Assembly: GCA_029932915.1 (NCBI GenBank)
Contig: JAOZPE010000013.1
Span: forward strand, 17 to 64,016
Source of the DNA: Candidatus Krumholzibacteriia bacterium
GTDB taxonomy: Bacteria > Krumholzibacteriota > Krumholzibacteriia > JAJRXK01
DNA: 64,000 nt
Direction: 5' to 3'
Positions 59,331-64,000 of this stretch are shown in pieces; within the stretch, counting starts at the first letter, position 1, and every line of letters begins with the position of its first letter. The translations under genes were made by a program, and so were the position numbers. The notes under the pieces were generated by a model. It was given only the letters and a program-made list of their open reading frames with translations. It searched no databases and had not been told where the DNA came from.

Positions 59331-60641
59331 ATGAAGAACCCTCATCGTTCCATGGACTTCGCCGTCAGGGCCTTCCTCCTGCTCGCCCTTGCCTTCACTC
59401 TGCAGGCCGTGTCGCCGGGCTTGGCGCAGGCCGCCCCGTGGAAGGGGCAGGAGAAGAAGGACGCCGACGGTGTCATCCACGTGATGAATCCGGCCGTGCC
59501 GGTCGAGGGGGAAGTCGATCTTTCCCTGGAGAAACTGTTCTCGTTGGGCGGCGAGAGCGAGGACGACGAGCAGATCTTCGGCCTGGTGCAGCACATCCTG
59601 CTCGACGAGGACGGCAACAGCTACCTGCTCGACCAGCAGCTCAACGAGATCCGTGTCTTCGACGCGGAGGGAGATTTCCTGCGCACCATCGGGCGCGAGG
59701 GTGAGGGCCCCGGGGAATTCCGGAATCCCCAGACCTTCTTCTTCCTGCCGGACGGAAGGATCGGCGTGACCCAGATGATGCCGGCCCGAATCGCCGTCCT
59801 CGATCGGGAGGGTGAAGGAGGCGACGACCTTCCGGTTCCCACCGGTGACGGCGGTTTCGCCATGGTGCGCAAGGTGATGAGCGCCGGCGATCACCTGGTG
59901 ATGCAATTGACGGTGGGCAGCTTCTCCGAGGGGAAGATGCGCAACACGAACCGCCTGATCGCCATCGACACGAAGGGAAACCAGGTGGCCCTCTATGGAG
60001 AGAGCCACCGCGATTTCGATGTCGCCCAGGGCCAGATGGTCATCTCCATGGGCGACGAGGAATTCGCCCGGGTGTGGACGGCCGATGGGAACGGGCGGGT
60101 GTACGTGGTCAACGACTACACCGGCTATCGCATCGAGGTCTACGGCCCGGAGGGCAAGCTCGAGCGGGTGATCGAACGTGAATACGAGCCGCTGGCCTTC
60201 ACCAAGGAGGAAGATGCCCGCCGCCGCAAGCGCTGGGAGGAGCAGGGCGACCAGAGGGGACTGGAGATCAAGCCCGACTTCCCCGAGTTCAAGGCGGACA
60301 TCAGCAACCTCATCGCCCGCCCGAACGGAGAGCTCTGGGTGCGGACGAGCCGCTCCTCGGCGGACCGGCACGAGCTGGGGAGCTTCGATGTCTTCGATGG
60401 GCAGGGGCATTTCGTCCGGGTCGTGCGGCCGGCGGTCGATTACGATGCCCTCCATGACGGCTATGTGATCACCGGCGACCGTTTCTACCGGCTCAAGGAG
60501 CTCAACGGTGCGCTGAAGGCCTGGGCGGCCGGCTTCGGGGGTGGAATCCGCATCGGGGTGGACAATGGGGAGGACGAGGAGGAAGGCGAGCCCGAGCCCC
60601 TGGAGATCATCGTCTATCGCATCGTCTCGGGGGGCCGTTGA
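59331..60641 (+). CDS. Secreted 6-bladed (NHL-like) beta-propeller protein, paralog A
   Basis: Signal peptide; YLLD...VFDAEGDFLRTIGREGEGPGEF; FDVFDGQGHFVR. Confidence 0.8.
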   Translation: MKNPHRSMDFAVRAFLLLALAFTLQAVSPGLAQAAPWKGQEKKDADGVIHVMNPAVPVEGEVDLSLEKLFSLGGESEDDEQIFGLVQHILLDEDGNSYLLDQQLNEIRVFDAEGDFLRTIGREGEGPGEFRNPQTFFFLPDGRIGVTQMMPARIAVLDREGEGGDDLPVPTGDGGFAMVRKVMSAGDHLVMQLTVGSFSEGKMRNTNRLIAIDTKGNQVALYGESHRDFDVAQGQMVISMGDEEFARVWTADGNGRVYVVNDYTGYRIEVYGPEGKLERVIEREYEPLAFTKEEDARRRKRWEEQGDQRGLEIKPDFPEFKADISNLIARPNGELWVRTSRSSADRHELGSFDVFDGQGHFVRVVRPAVDYDALHDGYVITGDRFYRLKELNGALKAWAAGFGGGIRIGVDNGEDEEEGEPEPLEIIVYRIVSGGR

Positions 60642-60770
60642 AGATGCCCCTGGAGGGTGCGGTTTCCCCGCTTCTGCGCAACCTTGTGAGGCGGCCATCC
60701 GTAGTTTCCAGCGCGGCCCGGTCCCGCTTCGTGGAGGCCGCACACGTCCCTTGAACCTTCTTTCCTGGAG

Positions 60771-62060
60771 TTGTCCACGATGTTCTCCCTCTTCATGAAC
60801 GCGGCCGATCGCCGCCCGGCCACTCCCTTTCTTCTTCTGATGACCCTTGTCCTCGTCTGGGCCGTACCCGGCCATGCCGGCTCGTGGAAGGGCGAGATCA
60901 CCAAGGACGCCGACGGCGTCGAGCACGTGATGAACCCGGCGAGCCCGGCCGATGGAACGACGAGTCTTCAGCCCCGGGAGCTGTGGCGCATCGGCGGGGA
61001 GACCGACGACGAGGACGAGATCTTCGGCATCATCAGCCGGGCCCGCGTCGATGCCGACGGGAATCTCTATCTGCTCGACTCCCAGTTGTCGGAGATCAAG
61101 GTCTTCGACCCCGACGGCAACTTCCTGCGGAGCATCGGCCGCGAAGGCGAAGGGCCCGGTGAATTCCGCGGGGCCCAGGACATGTTCTTCCTGCCCGACG
61201 GCAACCTGGCCGTGCTGCAGGTCTTCCCCGGCCGGCTGGTCGGCTTGACGCCCGAGGGGGAACCGGTGGACGACCATCCGCTGCCCTCGGCGGGCGAGGG
61301 CGGCTTCGTCCTGCTCTTCGCCGGAGGTGGTGTCGTCGGCGACAAGCTGGCCCTGTCCATCGGGGTCAACCACTTCGAGTCGGGGGTCTTCGACCAGGAG
61401 CGCTCCGTCGTCGTCATCGACGACGCGGGGGAGATCGTCACCAAGCTGTACAGCGAGAAGCGCGGCCTGAACATGAGCGCGCCGGTGTTCAAGGAGAGCA
61501 CCTGGAACTCCTTCGATCGGGTGTGGACGGTGGGAAGTGATCACCGGGCCTACATTCCCACCTCGTGGAGCGAGTATCGGATCATGGTGTGCGACGAGAA
61601 CGGCACCACGCGCTTCATCGAGCGCGCGTACGAAGCCCGCAAGCGCAGCGCGGCGGAGAAGGAACGCTGGTCGAAGCTCTACAACGAGTTCACGAAGAAC
61701 CAGGTGCCCGGATCGCACTGGGAGATCGAGGACAACGAGCGCGACGTCATGCAGATCTTCGCCCGCGAGGACGGAAGCCTCTGGGTGCTGAGCAGTCAGG
61801 GCGTGTTCGACCGGCCCGATGGTTCGATGGGCGTCTTCGACGTCTTCGATCCGCAGGGGCATTTCGTCCGCCAGGTGACCCTCATGGGTGATGCCGACCC
61901 CATCAAGGACGGCTTCTTCTTCGAGAAGGACCGGCTCTACGTGGTCACCGACTTCCTCGCCGCGGCCATGAGCGCGCAGGGCGGAAGCACCGAGGCTCTC
62001 GGAGAGGAAGAGCCCGAACCCATGTCGGTGGTCTGCTATCAGATGCCCGGGTTGAAGTAG
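60771..62060 (+). CDS. Secreted 6-bladed (NHL-like) beta-propeller protein, paralog B
   Basis: Colinear with paralog A (WKGE..KDADGVEHVMNP, GREGEGPGEF, FDVFDPQGHFVR, EEEPEP). Start may be 60780 or 60795. Confidence 0.8.
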   Translation: MSTMFSLFMNAADRRPATPFLLLMTLVLVWAVPGHAGSWKGEITKDADGVEHVMNPASPADGTTSLQPRELWRIGGETDDEDEIFGIISRARVDADGNLYLLDSQLSEIKVFDPDGNFLRSIGREGEGPGEFRGAQDMFFLPDGNLAVLQVFPGRLVGLTPEGEPVDDHPLPSAGEGGFVLLFAGGGVVGDKLALSIGVNHFESGVFDQERSVVVIDDAGEIVTKLYSEKRGLNMSAPVFKESTWNSFDRVWTVGSDHRAYIPTSWSEYRIMVCDENGTTRFIERAYEARKRSAAEKERWSKLYNEFTKNQVPGSHWEIEDNERDVMQIFAREDGSLWVLSSQGVFDRPDGSMGVFDVFDPQGHFVRQVTLMGDADPIKDGFFFEKDRLYVVTDFLAAAMSAQGGSTEALGEEEPEPMSVVCYQMPGLK

Positions 62061-62110
62061 TCAGCGGGGCAAAGGACAGCCAGGCCCGGATACGACCATA
62101 CGGAACAGGA

Positions 62111-62138
62111 GAGAGCCCACCCTTCGGGGTGGGCTCTC
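62111..62138. terminator. Hairpin between convergent genes
   Basis: GAGAGCCCACCC-TTCG-GGGTGGGCTCTC, a perfect 12-bp stem with a UUCG loop. Confidence 0.65.
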
Positions 62139-62157
62139 GATCGCTGAAAGCCCCACG

Positions 62158-63120
62158 TCAATGTGCGGAGCGTGGTCGTGGCAGGCGGCACGCGTACAGG
62201 GCCGAACCCCATTCATCCAGTATCCAGATTCGCCCGTCGTGGGCGATGACCTGTCCGCCGCCTTCGCACACCTCAGGAAGCCGCAGGAGTTCGTAGTCTC
62301 CGAAGTCCGCACCGTAGTGCCGCAAGACCCCCGGGGGTCCGGTTTGATCGGCTACGACGGCCATGAAGCATCCGCCCTGGCCGTCACTCCAGGCTCCGGC
62401 GATGACCGGGCTCTCGTAGCTCACCTGGGATTGCTCGTCCGAGTGGCGAGTGACGGTTCCCTCACCGATCCCGAGATCGATCGACCTCAGGACACGCCCC
62501 TTCTCGTCCAGGAGAAGAACTCTTCCCTTGCGACCTTCGGCCACGGCAGCGTAACAGGAGGGAAAGGGAAAGACGTAGAGGATGCCCTTGCCTTTGAAGA
62601 GAACACGCTGCTTGAGGGAGGGCAGGGAGGTGACCAGGACCTGGTCGTATCGCGCATGGTCGCGGGCGATGAGTTCAGCTCGCGAACCGAGGAACCCTGC
62701 CTCGATTCCGCTGAGTTCCATTGCACGGCGCTCGATGAAGACTCCCTTTCGATCGAAGACATTGACGCTGTTTCCAGCGAAGACGTAGACCTTCCCATCG
62801 GCAAGGGCCAGCCATCGGCTTCCGCTCAGTTCACCAGGGCCCTCACCGCAACGCCCGAAGGGTTCCAGCCATTCGCCCTTCGCGGTGAGCCTGCGGATGC
62901 TGCAATCGCCGGTATTGAGGATCCAGGCGGTTGCATGCTCGTCGAATTGAAGCGCGGCCGGCTGATCCAGGATGGGTTCGTCACCCACACTGTACGATGC
63001 GACGAGCTGGAGCTGGGAGGTGGGCACGTCAGCGGCGAAAGTGTCCGCATTCAAGGTCAATACAGAAGAAGCTGAAGTGACGATGAGAGCAGCGAGTATT
63101 CCAGAGCGGAAGTATCTCAT
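62158..63120 (-). CDS. Secreted NHL-like beta-propeller protein (divergent)
   Basis: Signal peptide, FGRCGEGPGEL and VFDRKG motifs; AGGAGG RBS. Confidence 0.7.
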   Translation of the reverse strand: MRYFRSGILAALIVTSASSVLTLNADTFAADVPTSQLQLVASYSVGDEPILDQPAALQFDEHATAWILNTGDCSIRRLTAKGEWLEPFGRCGEGPGELSGSRWLALADGKVYVFAGNSVNVFDRKGVFIERRAMELSGIEAGFLGSRAELIARDHARYDQVLVTSLPSLKQRVLFKGKGILYVFPFPSCYAAVAEGRKGRVLLLDEKGRVLRSIDLGIGEGTVTRHSDEQSQVSYESPVIAGAWSDGQGGCFMAVVADQTGPPGVLRHYGADFGDYELLRLPEVCEGGGQVIAHDGRIWILDEWGSALYACRLPRPRSAH

Positions 63121-63816
63121 TCAGGAACCTCCTGTGTAGTCGGTAGACTTTGACGAAGACTCCGGAGTCTGCTCCTTTGCCCAGTCGTGGATGCCGCCAC
63201 CCGAATCGATCACAGCACGCCCGGATGACGTTATCCACCTTTTCCCGAAGTTCATTGTGATACTGATCCCAGACTCGTCTTCCTTCATCAGACAGCTTCC
63301 TCCTGAACTCCTGACCGGCCATGTCAATGGACCAGTCCTTCATGATGTAGATGCTATGGGCCTGGAACTCTCTGGATACGTGCCAGCGCCCAATACGCTT
63401 CTTTACAGCCCGCTTTACAACCCTACTGAACTCCCGGAAGGACTCTTCGTTGTACTTGCCCTTCAGCGGAGTGTTCCCCAACAGGACGAACTGGATACCA
63501 GTGGGAGTGTGCTGAATAGACCCAGCCACGCCAGCCTTGTCGATCTCGGCAAAGATGTAGTCGATGTCCTGGACCGTAGTCCGTCTCAGCGTGGCGAGCT
63601 CGACAGCTGTAGGATACTTACCATTGGCCTTCTTGACAACAAGGCTAGCAGCGTCCTGCTGAAGCACAGCACTGGTGATCAAGACATAGTCGAGCAGCTT
63701 CCTGGCAAAACGTTTGTCTTTGCCCTCGAATTACTTGGCCATCACTGACTTGACGTACGCAGGGTTTACACGGTTTTCCCATCGGCTCAAGCTGTCGAAC
63801 TCTCGAGAGAGCGGCA
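63029..63816 (-). pseudogene. Truncated/decayed gene of unknown function abutting the CRISPR array
   Basis: The 63029-63682 frame continues upstream through a single TAA (63731-63733) to the first repeat, and its 3' end runs 92 nt into the next gene. Confidence 0.5.
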
Positions 63817-64000
63817 GTCGTGGATGGCACCCGGGCTCTGATCGGTTACACTATTCTCTTTCCATCCTTGGTGATCCAGATGTCGTGGATGGCACCCGGG
63901 CTCTGATCGGTTACACTAAGCCGAGGAGTCAAGTACTTTTTTCGGGCGTCGTGGATGGCACCCGGGCTCTGATCGGTTACACTACGTCCTGGACCTTCAC
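63817..64000 (+). CRISPR. CRISPR array, cut by the window end; type II-C-like
   Basis: Three identical 36-bp repeats GTCGTGGATGGCACCCGGGCTCTGATCGGTTACACT at 63817-63852, 63882-63917 and 63948-63983; unique spacers of 29 and 30 bp plus a partial third. Confidence 0.92.

Noticed and set aside
63738-63749. GCCATCACTGAC as a possible tracrRNA anti-repeat
   Set aside because: Only 9/12 match to the repeat complement, inside an apparent coding remnant, with no following tracr-like hairpins; probably chance.

Overview
GC-rich bacterial chromosomal window. The repeated C-terminal 'PNPFNP...DxxGRRVRTL...DGRDDxG...ASGxYFxRL' FlgD-Ig sorting-type domains suggest an FCB-group candidate lineage such as Krumholzibacteria, Latescibacteria or Eisenbacteria (inference). 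From left to right it holds: housekeeping genes (TrmB-like regulator, fused FTCD, two SDRs, PAS hybrid kinase, glpD/GDPD, metallophosphoesterase); an unannotated ~280-nt multi-branched structured RNA candidate on the minus strand with its own sigma70-like promoter and terminator; an AAA ATPase, ABC-F and GTP-type PEPCK; an ArsR-headed Mrp-Mbx (MBS-like, non-hydrogenase) respiratory operon ending in a ferredoxin-GltD fusion and a ferritin-like gene; an accessory block of secreted proteins, a pilin, an ECF sigma/zf-HC2 anti-sigma pair and a divergent membrane-anchored TPR-CHAT protease; an all-GH57 glycogen operon; hflX, MFS and AGCS transporters; NHL-like beta-propeller genes; a decayed gene; and the first three 36-bp repeats of a CRISPR array with type II-C-like features. 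No cas genes lie inside the window. All calls come from reading motifs by eye; no database searches were run.
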